Assembly: GCA_003315655.1 (NCBI GenBank)
Contig: NIZT01000029.1
Location: 1 to 46,994, forward strand
Source: Candidatus Methanobinarius endosymbioticus
GTDB taxonomy: Archaea; Methanobacteriota; Methanobacteria; Methanobacteriales; Methanobacteriaceae
DNA: 46,994 nucleotides
Direction: 5' to 3'
This document shows, one piece after another, positions 10,372-23,194 of the stretch; within the stretch, counting starts at the first letter, position 1, and each line of letters opens with the position of its first letter. The position numbers and the translations under genes were made by a program. The notes beneath the pieces are model-generated. The model made no database searches. It was not told where the DNA came from and worked only from the letters and a program-made list of their open reading frames with translations.

Positions 10372-12826
10372 TTATTGGTTTTTATGCTTTTTCCTTCTAC
10401 CAATTAATCCTATTAAACTGATCAATATTAGTATTATTGTAATTATTGGTATTCCAGTTTCTTTCATAACTACAACTTTAGCAGTAGGTGGATCATTGCT
10501 TGTTTTATTTGTATCATTACTAGGAATAGGATCAGGAATAATTGGATCTGGAATTGGAGATATTGGTCTTGGTTTAGGATCAAGTCTCTTTTTAACATTA
10601 AAACTAAATGATTTAACTCTTCCTTCAAAAGTACCATTACCAACAAAGTTCACAGAAATATCTATTGTTCTTGGGCTTTTTGGAGTGTATTTTAAGCTCC
10701 ATCCACTAGTACTATTAGTTGTAACAGTAAATTTTTGACCATCCACAATTATTTCCAATTCTGCATTTGCTATTGGGTTTCCTAATTCATCAGTGATTGT
10801 ACCAGGGATTATGGTTTCCTCATCAACAACACTATCATTAGCACCACCAGTTATATTAGTGTTTAATTTAGCTACATTGAAGCTTGTAGTATTTGTAAAA
10901 CTTAAATGAATGTTATTTACCAGCAAAACTAACAATAACATTAAAAACACCGCTATATTGAGGTGTATTTTAAACTCCAGAAACCATCACTATCAGTTAA
11001 GGTAGTGAATTTTTCACCATTGATTGTGATAGTGATTTCTGCATTAGCTAAAGGATCACCATTATTATCAGTTATAACACCATTAATATTCACACTTTGT
11101 GTAGCATTAGTATCCTGTGCATTGACTGTAGTGTTTGCTGGGATTTTTGAAACAGAAAATACTGAACTATTAGTAAAACCATTATGAATAGAATTACCTC
11201 CCCAGATTACAGCTATATTGTAAAGTCCTTCATTTATTGGAATATAAGTTAAAACCCATAAACCAAGACCATCAGTACTTACAATATAAGATATACCATT
11301 TACATTTACTGTTATCGGAGTATTAGCTATTGGATCTCCATTGGAATCAAGAACTATACCATTTATATTGTTTTGTTGACCAAGTTGACCATTACTGAAT
11401 ATTATTGTTGAGTTAGTACTTGCTTTTGCAACATTAAATAAAGTAGTATTAGTAAAGTCAAGATGAGTAAGATTATCATTCCAAAACACAGTCACATAGA
11501 AACTTCCATCGATATTTGGTGTGAATGTTAATGACCATTTACCGTCACTATTGGTTGCAATGTTGTAAACCCATATGTTTTCATCATTGTTCTCAATGAT
11601 AATTTGGATATTCACAATACCTATAGGATTACCACTTTCATCAAGTGCAATACCAGATATGGTTATATTTTTTACCACACGAGCATTGTTATAAACATTG
11701 ATAGTTGAATTAGTTGCATACTGTGTTACTTCAAACTCAGTAATATTTACAAAGATTGTGTGTGTATCATTACCTACTCATTGAACTATAACATCAAAAA
11801 TACCAGGACTAGTGGCTAAATATGTTAGGTTCCATTGCCCTAGGCTATTGGTTGTTCTAGTAAATTTTTGAGTACCTATAGTAATGTTAACTATGATATT
11901 TGCTAGCGGATTTTCATTTTCATCCTAGCTACACCAGAAATATTAATGTTTGTACCGACTTTTGTACTATTTGTAACATTAATAGTTGATTGTGTTGGTA
12001 TTTTTGTAAGTTCAGTGATATTTAGTTCACCGTTTAAGATGTTGATTGGGTATCCTGTGTGTCCACCATAATCACCAATCACAGGAACAACAGCCGGACG
12101 CATAGAATTATTCACACGGAAAATTATCATAGCTTCCCCATCATTATTACTAGTTGCAAAACCAACAAGTGTTCCATTGACATAGAATGATATTTTTTGT
12201 CCTGTTATAGTATTACCCATATCATCGGTTAAAAGTGCATAAAGAATAACACTAGCACCATCAACCAAAACAGTACTGTTACTGGCGATATGTTAAATTT
12301 AAAATGGCCATACGACCCACATTATAGATCATAGGGCCAAAGATACTTGCAATATTACCAGACATAACATTACAACAATAGACATACTGCCAGAATTACT
12401 GATAGCACCACCACTAGCTGCAGTATTGTTGATGAATGTTATTGTTGAGTTTGAGTAGTTGTTGTTAATCGCTCCTCCGTTATTTGTTGTGTATGCGTTT
12501 ATGAATGTTAGGTTTATGAAGGTTATGTTTCTGTTGTTGCCTATTGTAAAGATTCTGTTGAGTCCTTGTGCGTCGATGATTACCTTATCGGGTGAGCTGT
12601 TTCCTTGTATTGTTAAGTTTTTGTTGATTGTGATTCCACGGTTATTGATTTTGTTGTAGATTCCTTATTGTAGTGTTAATGTGTCTCCTTCTCCAGTATT
12701 TGTTATTCCTGTACTTATTCCAGTTGAATTATCAATAGTCTGATCAGCTGCACTTACAGCTGAAAAACTAAAAACAAAAAATAATAATAGGAATATTGTT
12801 AATATAGTTATTAGCTCTTTTTTCAA
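10372..12826 (-). pseudogene. Adhesin-like surface protein A (about 818 codons originally), fragmented by many frameshifts and stops. It has a Pmp/beta-helix N-domain and repeated Ig-like/CarboxypepD_reg-like domains.
   Basis: TTG start at 12826 with a GGAGGTG RBS. Signal peptide (M)KKELITILTIFLLLFFVFSFSAVSAADQ. Repeating roughly 100-aa units (..NGVITDNNGDPLANAEITITINGEKFTTLTDSDGFWSLKYT..). C-terminus is a Pro-rich linker PKPRPISPIPDPIIPDPIPS, then ETGIPIITIILILISLIGLIGRRKKHKNQ*. The ORF track shows the pieces at 11903..12268, 10953..11678 and 10372..10950 in different frames. Confidence 0.7.
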
Positions 12827-13762
12827 CGTTTTTCACCTCCTTTATGCTCGATTAAATTTATTTATAACTTGATTTTAATATTTAGTAATATGATTTGATT
12901 ATATTACTTAAAAAGATAATATCTCATAAAAAAATTGTATGATATATATTCTTTTTATTTTTTATTAATAGAAGAAAATTACACCATAATAAAAATATGC
13001 TAATTTTCTTCTAACTAATAAAAACTGTAATTATTCAATATTATGTTTAAAAACTCCATTATTTTTCATACTATTTTTTATAATTTTTATCATATTTCAA
13101 TAAAACATATTAATTAATAATGAATAAATCTTTTTCTTTCAGTTTTTTCTTTATACAGTGATATAACGAAGTTGAAATATTAAACATATGAATATACAAA
13201 ATAATAGTGAGGAATCATTCATATTTCAATATACATGATATAGTAAATACTCACTGATAAACGGCTGTAAAGATTTGTGGGTTTATTTTTATTTTTTGAT
13301 ATATGGATTTTTTTCCATGAATAAGTGATATTAATAGAGTGATATTTAAAAATTCATTTTATTATTATTGTCTTATGAGTTATTATAATAATTTTTATTA
13401 GCTATTTACATCTAAAATTTTTTACAAAACAAATTTTTTTAGTGAACCTTTAGTCTTTATTAACTATATTTTCATCCCATAAAAATAGAGGAGAAGATAA
13501 TATAATTTTATTAAATTATTACATTTTTGAGTATATGTGAGAAAAAAATTTTTTGAAAATGATATATTTTCTATGAAGTTATGTTAAATGCCAAAAAAAT
13601 TTTATTTGAATATAATCATTTATATTATTACAGGCGTCATTAAAAATGTTTTTTCAAAACATCTGAAGAAAAATATAGTGAAATAATACATATAACAAAT
13701 AAAATAATCGATATGTTTGAAGAAAAAAAATTATATGAAAAATATAAAAATAAAATTATGAA

Positions 13763-14083
13763 TTGGAAACTATAAGAAAATTTTACAGATTATCTCCTAC
13801 TAAAAACAAAAAAAATTATTTTAAAATCATGAAAAATGATTTTGAAGAGATGGAAAAAGACAGTGTAAAAAACCAAGATTATATTATTAATCTTGAAGGT
13901 AGAAACAAGAATTTTTATTTAAATATATTTAGAGCAGATTCATTCCATGAATTAGATGCTTTAAATAGAATTGATGATTTAAAAATCGAAAATCACGACT
14001 TTAAAGTCAAAAATAGAGATTATAAGAAAAAAATAAAATCATATGAAAAGGAAACAAGAAAAATTTATTCTTCAAAAAGTTGA
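13763..14083 (+). CDS. Hypothetical Lys-rich protein. The annotated start is TTG; an upstream ATG at 13713 in another frame suggests a 5' frameshift.
   Basis: 106-codon ORF ending in TGA. No recognisable domain. MFEEKKLYEKYKNKIMN.. (13713) runs into it with a 1-nt offset at an A8 homopolymer. Confidence 0.3.
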   Translation: METIRKFYRLSPTKNKKNYFKIMKNDFEEMEKDSVKNQDYIINLEGRNKNFYLNIFRADSFHELDALNRIDDLKIENHDFKVKNRDYKKKIKSYEKETRKIYSSKS

Positions 14084-14117
14084 AAAATTACTAAGCCACT
14101 TAGAAAAGTAATGAATA

Positions 14118-15171
14118 ATGTTAAATAGCCTTGAAAAATTTAAAACTAGTTGGATGATAATTTTGAAAAAATTAGTTAATAATATAATTGAATTAAGTAT
14201 TGATGAAATCGATAAATTTAATTTTCATTATGGAGAATTTGAAGGTTTAAAAATAATAGAAGATGAAGTAGAATATGAGTTCTTATTTCGTTTTTCTAAA
14301 GAAAAGCACGATCTAATTTGTTTTAGATCAGATGCAATTGATAGAAATGGCCCTAATGCTTTAGATCCCCCTATATTTAGTAGACATAGTTGGAACAATC
14401 ATTTTAAAGAATCTGTTTTATATTATAATGATACAACATTATATAGATGAGAGTATTGGTGTGGGATGGTGTTTAAGAACTGAAGATAACTATTATCTTG
14501 AAATAATAGCTAAAATTATAGAAAAAATTGTAAAAAGAATTAATGTTAAAAATGAAGATATTTTGTTTTTTGGTAGCTCTGCTGGAGGTTTTACTTCAGT
14601 AATTTTAGGAACAATGTTTAAAAATTCTTATGTAGCAGTAAATAATCCCCAAATAGACTTAAAAAAATATCATCATTATGAAAAAGTTATGAAAGTGTGT
14701 ATGGTAATAAAGACCCAGAATTAGATGATAATTTGAAATACAGAACTAAGTTAATAGAAATATTGAAAAAGAAAAATATGTTCCTCCAATGAGTTATTAT
14801 GTAAATGCTGGGTCATGGGATGATATAATAAACATTGCACAACATTTACAAAAGGACTTAAAAGATTAAGTTTCTTAAAAGAAGTGAATATAAACATCTA
14901 TTTTGATTATAATGGATATGACACTATGAATAATAACGATTCTATACATATTATCAGAACCATGTGTAAAGAACGTTTATATAATTATGGAAAAAATAAA
15001 AGACAAATTAATCCAAATGACCTTATTAAACAACAAAAACGGTTGAAAAAGAAAAATAATCAATTGAAAAAAGAATTAAAAGAATATAAATCACGAAAAA
15101 GTGTTCGTATATTTGATAAAGTATCAAAAGTTAAAATCAAAATTTTAAATATTTTTAAAATAAATTTATAA
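14118..15171 (+). pseudogene. Alpha/beta-hydrolase-fold esterase-like protein, split into at least 3 pieces (14118..14450, 14428..14724, ~14700..14869, 14884..15171).
   Basis: Nucleophile elbow LFFGSSAGGFTSVILG (GxSxG). An Asp lies in ..YYVNAGSWDD.. downstream in a second frame. A candidate His lies in ..NNDSIHIIRT.. in a third piece. This order and spacing fit a Ser-Asp-His triad. The family is not recognised. Confidence 0.4.
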
Positions 15172-15309
15172 CAAACCAATAGAAATAATTATAAAGCATA
15201 ACTTAAAAATAAAATAGTAATATACATAAAAATGAAAATAAGAATAAAAAATTGGATTAAATAATAATAACATGTGAAAAATGTGTTATTTTAATGTATG
15301 GGTGTTTAA

Positions 15310-15669
15310 ATGGAATTAAAGGATATTTATGAAAATATAAATCTTAAGTCTCTTATTATTGGGGCAGCTTTATTTGCTTTTATAGTTGTTTTAGCTACAG
15401 AATACAACTTAGATATATTACTAATCTTTTCATCAGTAGGTCTTTTATATATTGGATACGGATCACGAAACAAACTTCAGAGTGTTGTATTAGGAGCTAT
15501 AGGAACATTACCACTATTTATAGCTACAGTATTCTTTGAAAGACTGGGACCAATCACAGGAGAAAATATAACTCTCTTAATATTAATCTCATTTTTAGCT
15601 ATAGGAGCTTTTTGTGGATTTACAGGATTTTATTTTAGTGAAAATAGGAAAAAAGCTATTGGACAGTAA
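15310..15669 (+). CDS. Small integral membrane protein (3-4 TM helices).
   Basis: 119-aa hydrophobic ORF. No recognisable domain. Confidence 0.4.
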   Translation: MELKDIYENINLKSLIIGAALFAFIVVLATEYNLDILLIFSSVGLLYIGYGSRNKLQSVVLGAIGTLPLFIATVFFERLGPITGENITLLILISFLAIGAFCGFTGFYFSENRKKAIGQ

Positions 15670-15835
15670 GAATCCATAGGAAAAGGAAGAAAAAAGAAGG
15701 AAAAAAGTAAAAAATAATACTTTATAATTAAAAATTAATTATAATTAATAAAAAAGAAAATAAAAAAATGATTAAAATAATAAAATATAATAAGAAAAAA
15801 TAAAACATAATGGATAAAAAAAATAAATTTATCCA

Positions 15836-18578
15836 TTAAAAATAAATATTTAAGTTATTTTTTGTAACAATCAATCCTAAACTACTTAATAAAACTAATA
15901 TTATAGCTAATAATGGAATTCCTGTAGTCTCATTGTTGCATTTGTTTTAGCTAGATTTTTATCAGTAATATTAGAGTTGTTTGTGTTATTAATATTGTTG
16001 GTATTATTAGTATGTTTGTGTTATTGTTTTTTGAAATATAAGTTGAAGTAAAATTATTACTGCCAAAATACATCTCATCTTCTTGGAAGGTTACATTAAA
16101 AGTATATTGTCCAGTTTTTTCGAATTTATAATTCAACTTAGCTATTCCTTTCTCATTAGTAATGGCACTTCCAATTAAAACTCCATTAACATGAAAATTC
16201 ACAGTTTTATTTGCAATTAATGCTTCAATTTCTTTATTTATTAATTTAACAACTAAAGTTACAGTTTCATTAATTTTTCCATTTACTTTTTCGATATTAA
16301 TATTAGTTGGAGTTTTATTTACAACCAAAAAAGCAATACTATTAGAAACAGGATAATCAAGATCTTCTAAAAATTCTGCAAAGATTGAGAAAGTTCCTGA
16401 AGCATTTGATTGATATTCAAATTTTGCAATTCCTTGGCTATCAATTATTTCACTACCCACATAAACTCCATTCACATGAAATCTAATGGTTTTATTGTTT
16501 AATGGATTGTTTGAATTATCAACTAATTTTGCAGTTAAATTAACTTTTTGTCCAGCTTTAACTGAAGAATTATAAACAGTAGTGTTGGTAATTGCAAAAT
16601 TTATTCCAATTATTGAGTTCTCATCGTCAGATGATGCATTCATCGAATAAAAGTTATCACTTGTCCATTTAAAACATGTAAAATATTAGTATCCCTAATA
16701 TCCCCATCCTGAATATTTTCATCAGGTGTTCTTACTGAAACTTCAAAGTAAGGTAAGTTTGTTGGATTATTTATCACAGGACTATTTGTAGATAAAAAAT
16801 AATTTAATTGAGACTTTGATTATTTTTGTAAGAAAGATTTTTATTTTGACTGAATTTTTGATTGTTTACAGATATCTGTAAAAAGTACCAATAATCAAAG
16901 ACTAAACCATTCCCAATATCAATAACTTGGGTTGTTGCAATTATTTACACCCCACCAGTTCAAATTAATATTATTACTGTTTCCAGAATTATATAAACCT
17001 ACTGAGTTTTCTACAATTCTATTATAATTAATATTATTGTTATTTCCAGTTAGATTCAATCCATAACCATCGTTGTTCATAACAGTTGAACTATTAAAGA
17101 TGTTATTACTACCTTGGATTATTATTCCATTACTATTATTTGCTATAGTAATATTTGTTAAATTATTGCCAACAACTGTAGAATTAATTATTAAACCAGT
17201 ATCTGTTAAATTTCCAATAGTAATGTTTTTTAATGTATTATTTACACCATTAATTAAAATTCCATTAAAATTACTTCTATTGATAAATCCATTTGATACA
17301 TTATTCCTATTTCCTTTTATAGCAAAAATATACTGATTGTTATTTACAGTGTTATTTAAAACATCAATATTTAAGTTTATATTTGTATCATCAAAATATA
17401 TTCCTAAAACACCGAAATTATCAGTGAAACTATTGTTTTTTAATGAATTTAATGGTTGATATGTTTCTACTGCAAAGTTATCATGATTTGTGAAACTATT
17501 TTTTTCTATAGTTATATTCCATCCAGTATTATAAATTGCACCACCTCTTGTAGAAGCATGGTTATTGTCAAAGATAGAATTAATTATAGTGACATTATGA
17601 CTTCCGGCAGAGTTCCATATTGTTCCACCAAATGAAGCATTATTATTTGAAAATAGAGTATTATTAATCAAGATATTTGATCAACTCCATTTATTGCTCC
17701 ACCACTGCCAAAAACTTTATTATTGGTGAAATTTGAGTTAATTACATTAATTCCTCCACCTAATGAAGAAATTACTCCTCCTCCAGAAGAAGAATTCTGT
17801 CCAGATACATTGTTATTTTATTAAATCTTGAAGAAATTATGGAAAAGTTAAATCCTGCATTGTTAAATATTGCTGCTCCTTGATATGCTGAATTGTTAGA
17901 GAAAGTAGTATTCATAATTCTTGAATTGCTCCCGTAGTTATTGTATATAGTCCCACCATGAGTAATATTATTTCCTGAAACATAATTACCCATAAAATTA
18001 GAATTTAGAATGTTTAAATTGTTACTAGCATTATTATAAATAGTTCCACCATCAATAATTCTAAAATTATCTTGGAAAGAAGAACCAGATATATTTAAAT
18101 TACCCCTATTAAATATTGCTCCTCCTTGAATAGCACTATTATTAATAAATGTACAATTTACTATTGTGAGCATTCCAGTATTTTTTAATGCTCCACCTTG
18201 ACCATTATAATATGCATTTATAAAAGTTACATTAATAAGAGTTAATTGACCATTTATAGCATTAAATATCCAGCTATTTCTAGAACCATTCATTATTGTA
18301 GAATTATTACCTATAATAATGAGATTTCGAGTATTAAATGTCAAATTAAGATTACCGCCACCAGTATACAGGTTATCATTTAAGTACATAGTTCCATTTC
18401 CACCATTAATAGTTTGTAATCGATTTATCCCGTCAATTAAAGTACTATCATTATTTAAAGAAACATTTCCAACCCCATTATTTATAACAACAACAGTAAT
18501 ACTTCCAATAGCTGAAAAAAGCACAAATAACATTAAAATACTTCATCGAAACAAAGTCGTTTTTTGCATAAATTTCAT
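15836..18578 (-). pseudogene. Adhesin-like surface protein B (about 914 codons) with Pmp-type / right-handed beta-helix repeats, fragmented.
   Basis: ATG at 18578 with a GGGGTGA RBS. Signal peptide MKFMQKTTLFR-TGA-SILMLFVLFSAIGS (in-frame TGA at codon 12). Repeats are of the form GGAIFN.GNLNISGSSFQDN..GGTIYNN. C-terminal Ig-like domains follow (..VNGVYVGSEIIDSQGIAKFEY..). The C-terminal anchor NNETTGIPLLAIILVLLSSLGLIVTKNN..* is reached only after a further frameshift. Confidence 0.7.
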
Positions 18579-18982
18579 GATTTCACCCCCTATCATGCAT
18601 TAGAGTTAATAAAATATATCACTTAGTGACATATAAATTTATCATGAAAATATCATGCAAAGATATGGACATATATATAATTATTCATATCCTTATTTTT
18701 ATTAAAAAATAAATTATTTTAATTTAAAAATAAGAAAAGATATAAATGAAATCTAAAAATATTATAATAAGATCAATATCAGATTATAATTGAAAGTATA
18801 AAAAATTTAACTAATTAAAAAAATAAATAAAATAGATAAAATTTAAAACTAAACATATTTAAGGATAGTTTAATTATTTATCCTTATTTTCTTTTTTTAA
18901 AATAAATTATACAATTTAAATAAATTAAATTAATAAAAAATTCTTGATAACTTAAAAAATATTTAATAATTATTAGTTAATA

Positions 18983-19020
18983 ATTAACAATTAACAATTA
19001 ACAATTAACAATTAACAATT
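18983..19020. repeat. Tandem microsatellite (ATTAACA)x5 plus a partial copy, with degenerate copies upstream (ttaataa / ttaacaa).
   Basis: Read directly from the sequence. It lies in the 656-bp divergent intergenic region between the adhesin-B start (18578, -) and the AKR gene start (19236, +). Confidence 0.9.
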
Positions 19021-19235
19021 TTTTATAATTTAAACAAGTATTTTGATATATAAAATATAGAGAATATTATAATATTATAATTATATATTTATATATTCGA
19101 ATATAAATTAAATATGATAAATTTTAAAATTAATTTCAAACATAATATTTTATAATTAAAACAATATTTATGAATAAAAATTGTAATTTATGATTAAAAA
19201 AATAATTAATTCAATAATAGAGAAGATGAACAGGA

Positions 19236-20378
19236 ATGAAATATAGAAAAATTGGAAATACTGGTATGTCAGCTAGTATTATTGGGCTTGGGACAGAATT
19301 TTTAGATGGTAAGCCATATAGTGTAGTAGAAGAAACTATAAATACTGCATTAGAAAATGATATAAATATCTTTGATGTATTCATGCCAGGAGAAGAAGTA
19401 CGTAAGAATATAGGAAAAGCGATTGGTGACAGACGAAAAAATGTCATCATACAAGGACATATTGGTTCAGTAGATTTAAACCAACAATATGATATTAGTC
19501 GAGACTTACATACATGTGAAAAATATTTTGAAGGATTAATGGAAAATCTCGGTACTGATTATATTGATATAGGAATGTTGTTTTTCATGGATACTGAAGA
19601 AGAACTTGAAAAACTTCATACAAATGGAATTATAGATTATGCTCTAGAATTAAAAGAAAAAGGAATTATAAAATCTATAGGAACTAGCTCCCACAATCCA
19701 AAAGTTGCTAAAAAAGTATTAGAAACAGGAATAGTGGATCTTTTGATGTTTAGTATCAATCCAGCATTTGACATGACATCACCAGATATAAATGTACTAG
19801 AAGAAATTGAAGAATTAGGAAAAAAACAACTTTTCACAGTTGACTCTGAACGGAAAGAACTTTATAAATACTGTGAACAACAAAACATTGCCATCACAGC
19901 CATGAAAGCTTTTGGAGGAGGAGTAATTTTATCTAAAGATGATTCTCCATTTAAAAAGGAAATGACACCAGTTCAGTGTATTGATTATGTATTATCACGT
20001 CCTGGAGCAATAAGTGCAATGGTTGGATGTGAATCTGTTGAACAAGTAGAAGAAAGCATGAAATATCTAAATAGTACACCTGAAGAACGTGATTACATAG
20101 ATATAATTAGTGAATATCAAGAAGGATTTGATGGTAAGTGTGTTTATTGTAATCATTGTCAACCATGCCCTTCTAATATAGACATAGCTATGGTTAATAA
20201 ATATCTTGACATTGCAATATTAGATACTAATAAAATTCCTCCAAGCATTATTCAACACTACAAATCATTACCAGTAAATGGTACAGATTGTATTGCTTGT
20301 GGAAACTGTGAGGAAAAATGCCCATTTTCTGTCCCGGTGATAAAAAATATGGAAAAAGCAGCAAAATTATTAGAATAA
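19236..20378 (+). CDS. Aldo/keto reductase fused to a C-terminal 4Fe-4S ferredoxin-type domain (COG1453-like Fe-S oxidoreductase).
   Basis: MKYRKIGNTGMSASIIGLGTEF.. is an AKR N-terminus. Two Cys clusters follow: CVYCNHCQPCP and CIACGNCEEKCP. 380 aa, intact. Confidence 0.85.
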   Translation: MKYRKIGNTGMSASIIGLGTEFLDGKPYSVVEETINTALENDINIFDVFMPGEEVRKNIGKAIGDRRKNVIIQGHIGSVDLNQQYDISRDLHTCEKYFEGLMENLGTDYIDIGMLFFMDTEEELEKLHTNGIIDYALELKEKGIIKSIGTSSHNPKVAKKVLETGIVDLLMFSINPAFDMTSPDINVLEEIEELGKKQLFTVDSERKELYKYCEQQNIAITAMKAFGGGVILSKDDSPFKKEMTPVQCIDYVLSRPGAISAMVGCESVEQVEESMKYLNSTPEERDYIDIISEYQEGFDGKCVYCNHCQPCPSNIDIAMVNKYLDIAILDTNKIPPSIIQHYKSLPVNGTDCIACGNCEEKCPFSVPVIKNMEKAAKLLE

Positions 20379-20479
20379 TACAAAAATATCACTTTTTAAA
20401 TTGATAAACATTAAAAAAACATGAATAAAAAATTGAATTAAGGATGAAAAAATAATATCCTTATAAAAACTGTTTTAAA

Positions 20480-22615
20480 TTATTTTTTTCTATATACTAC
20501 TCCTATGCTGCTAATGATACTAAGATTATAGCTATTATTGGTAATCCCCTATTGATTTTCATATTAGCATTTGTTTTTATATGATTACTAGTGTTTTTAT
20601 GATTAGGTTTAGGGTTTGGAATTTTATTAATTTCAATAGATAAAGACACGATAATAGCCTGATATAATTCACTACCAATATAATCAGCTGTGATTGTATA
20701 TCGACCTGTTTTATCAAACGTATATTTAATCACTGCAACATCATTTTCATTAGTTATTCCAGAACCATTAATTTTCCCATTGATATAAAAATTAACACGT
20801 TCATTGCTAATTGGATTGCCATTTTCATCAGTTAATGTTCCACTGATAATTACAGTACTACCTGGTTTTTTATCACCAATATCTTCAATAACAAGATTAG
20901 TTGAATATTTTTCAATATTGATAGTTTTATTAGAATTACTAATTATAGTAATCAGCGTTTCCTTGGAAATTAGAGTTTATATCATAAGAACCAACACTAT
21001 TAAATATATGATTTAGAGTTGCAACACCATCTGTATTTGTTATTGCAGAACTATAATTATTTTTCATTGATATAAAAATCGATTTGTTACTTGCTTAATG
21101 GATTATTATTGTCATCAGTTAATTTGCTTTCAATAGTGATATTTTTTCCTAGACTAATGTTATTTTTAATTTTATTTGATTTTTAGTAGAAATTTTATCT
21201 ATTTTCAATAGACCATTATTTAGTATAATAGAAAATCCTTCATGTCCAGAATAATTTCCTGTAACAAGAACTAGTGTATTAGGTTATTAGTAACATTATA
21301 GGTAAAATTTGCATAACCTTCTGTTGAAACTACATCTGCTAAATGAGTACTAGTAAGATAAAAAGAAATAATTTGTCTAGTGACTGTATTTCCCATATCA
21401 TCTGTCAAAGTAGCATAAACAATAATATTTTGACCTTTTTTAGTAGTAATAGTCTCATTATTTAGATAAGTCAAATTAAGAGTCCCTATATTTCCAATAT
21501 TATAAATCATTTGACCTAAATTAGCAGAATTACCAGTTATCTTATTACCTAAAACTGTCATATTACCTTGATTATATATACTACCACCAAAATTTCTAGC
21601 TTTATTATTTACAAAAGTAGAATTTTTTATATTAGAAGTTTTACCATTATTGTAAATAGCACCGCCCTAATAGCATAATTATTCTCAAAATGGAATTAGT
21701 CAAATTCATTAAACCATTTTCATTTATAAATATTGCACCACCATCAACAACAACAGCACCATTGTTCATAAATTTAATATTTTTTATATTAGCTGTTTAA
21801 TTAGGATTAAGAAAAACAGCACCACCATTAACATTAGCAAAATTATCAGAGAATATAGAATCATTAATAGTTAAATCATCACCATTATTAATAAAAATTC
21901 CACCACCTTCAGAAGCAATGTTATTAGTGAAATTACTGTTAGAAATATTGGATTTGGAATTTGTATTAAAAAATATAGCTCCACCATGACCTGAAAATCC
22001 ACCATCACCAATATAGCTTGGACTATTAGAAAAACTGGAATTAATTATATACATATTATTATCACTATTATAAATAACTCATCCTAATCCTCCATAATAA
22101 CTATTAAGAGTGTTATTAATAAAATTTGTGTTCATAATTTTCATATCATCACCAGTATTATAAATAACACCACCTGCACTAGAAAAATGAGTGGTAGCTG
22201 TGTTATTGATAAAATCAAGATTATTTAATGTTATTTTTCCCCCATCATTATAAATAGCACTACCATTATCACTCAAACCATTGATTAAAGTAATATTTAT
22301 TAATGTAAGTGTTCCATTACTATGCATATTAAAAATTCTACCTAGATTTTGAGCATCAATAATCGTGTTTTTCTTATTTTTTCCTATTATTATGATATTT
22401 TTATCTATAGTGATATTAGTAACATTATTTCTATATTTTCCACTATTTAAATGTATAATACTTCCATTAGGAGTATTTTCTATAGTTTGTCCTAAATTAT
22501 CACCACTAGTTATATTAGTTTCAACAGCACTAACACTTGACAAACTAATAGTAAATAAGATTACCAATAATGCTAATAAAATCATGATTGAAGTAGATTT
22601 TGCATTAATTTTCAT
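20480..22615 (-). pseudogene. Adhesin-like surface protein C (Pmp/beta-helix repeats plus Ig-like domains), fragmented.
   Basis: ATG at 22615 with GAGGTGA upstream. Signal peptide MKINAKSTSIMILLALLVILFTISLSSVSA. Repeats include GGAIFFNTNSKSNISNSNFTNNIASEGGGIF. An Ig-like domain (..TLTDDMGNTVTRQIISFY..) is homologous to one in adhesin A. C-terminus ..NRGLPIIAIIL|SIISSIGVVYRKK* needs a frameshift. Pieces in the ORF track are 22079..22615, 21797..22054, 21271..21561 and 20503..20733. Confidence 0.7.
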
Positions 22616-23194
22616 AAATTTCAGATTTTCACCTCTTTTAATTCAGTATATTAAATTTCTAAATATAATCATTATAATTATATAATTATTAATTATAATT
22701 TATTTAATTTATAGTTTTATTGTTAAATATTAATATTTTTTATAAATAATTAATGTAAAATAAAACATGAAATAAATAAATTTTTTGTTGAAAATATAAA
22801 TAAATTATGAAATAATTTTGATAAAAATATTTTTTATAAGAATTGAATATTATATAGCAAAAATAAAAAAGTTAAATGAAGATAGAAAAACTTTTGAATA
22901 AAATTGAAAAATAATGATATAATTTAAAAAATATATATTTAAATATTATATCACTTAAAGAAATAGATAGTAAATATAAAATAATAGAATTTTAAATAAA
23001 ATATAATGGGGCAATTTATTGAATTGAGAATAAATTTTATTATTAAATTTTATTTAATATTTATTTTTTACTGAATATATTTTTAGTTTATTTTAAAATA
23101 TTAAAATAAATTATGATATTGTTTTGAATAAATTTAATTTATGGAGTTAATTTTATCGAAGAATATTTGAAAATTATTTTAGGTGGGTAAATAA

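Noticed and set aside
18966-19020. A CRISPR array or mobile-element terminal repeats, from the tandem and inverted repeats seen at 18983-19020, 10023-10051 and 31079-31109.
   Set aside because: The repeats are 7-12 bp, AT-only, lack spacers of regular length, and have no cas, transposase or integrase genes nearby. They are microsatellite or hairpin elements, not CRISPR or IS.
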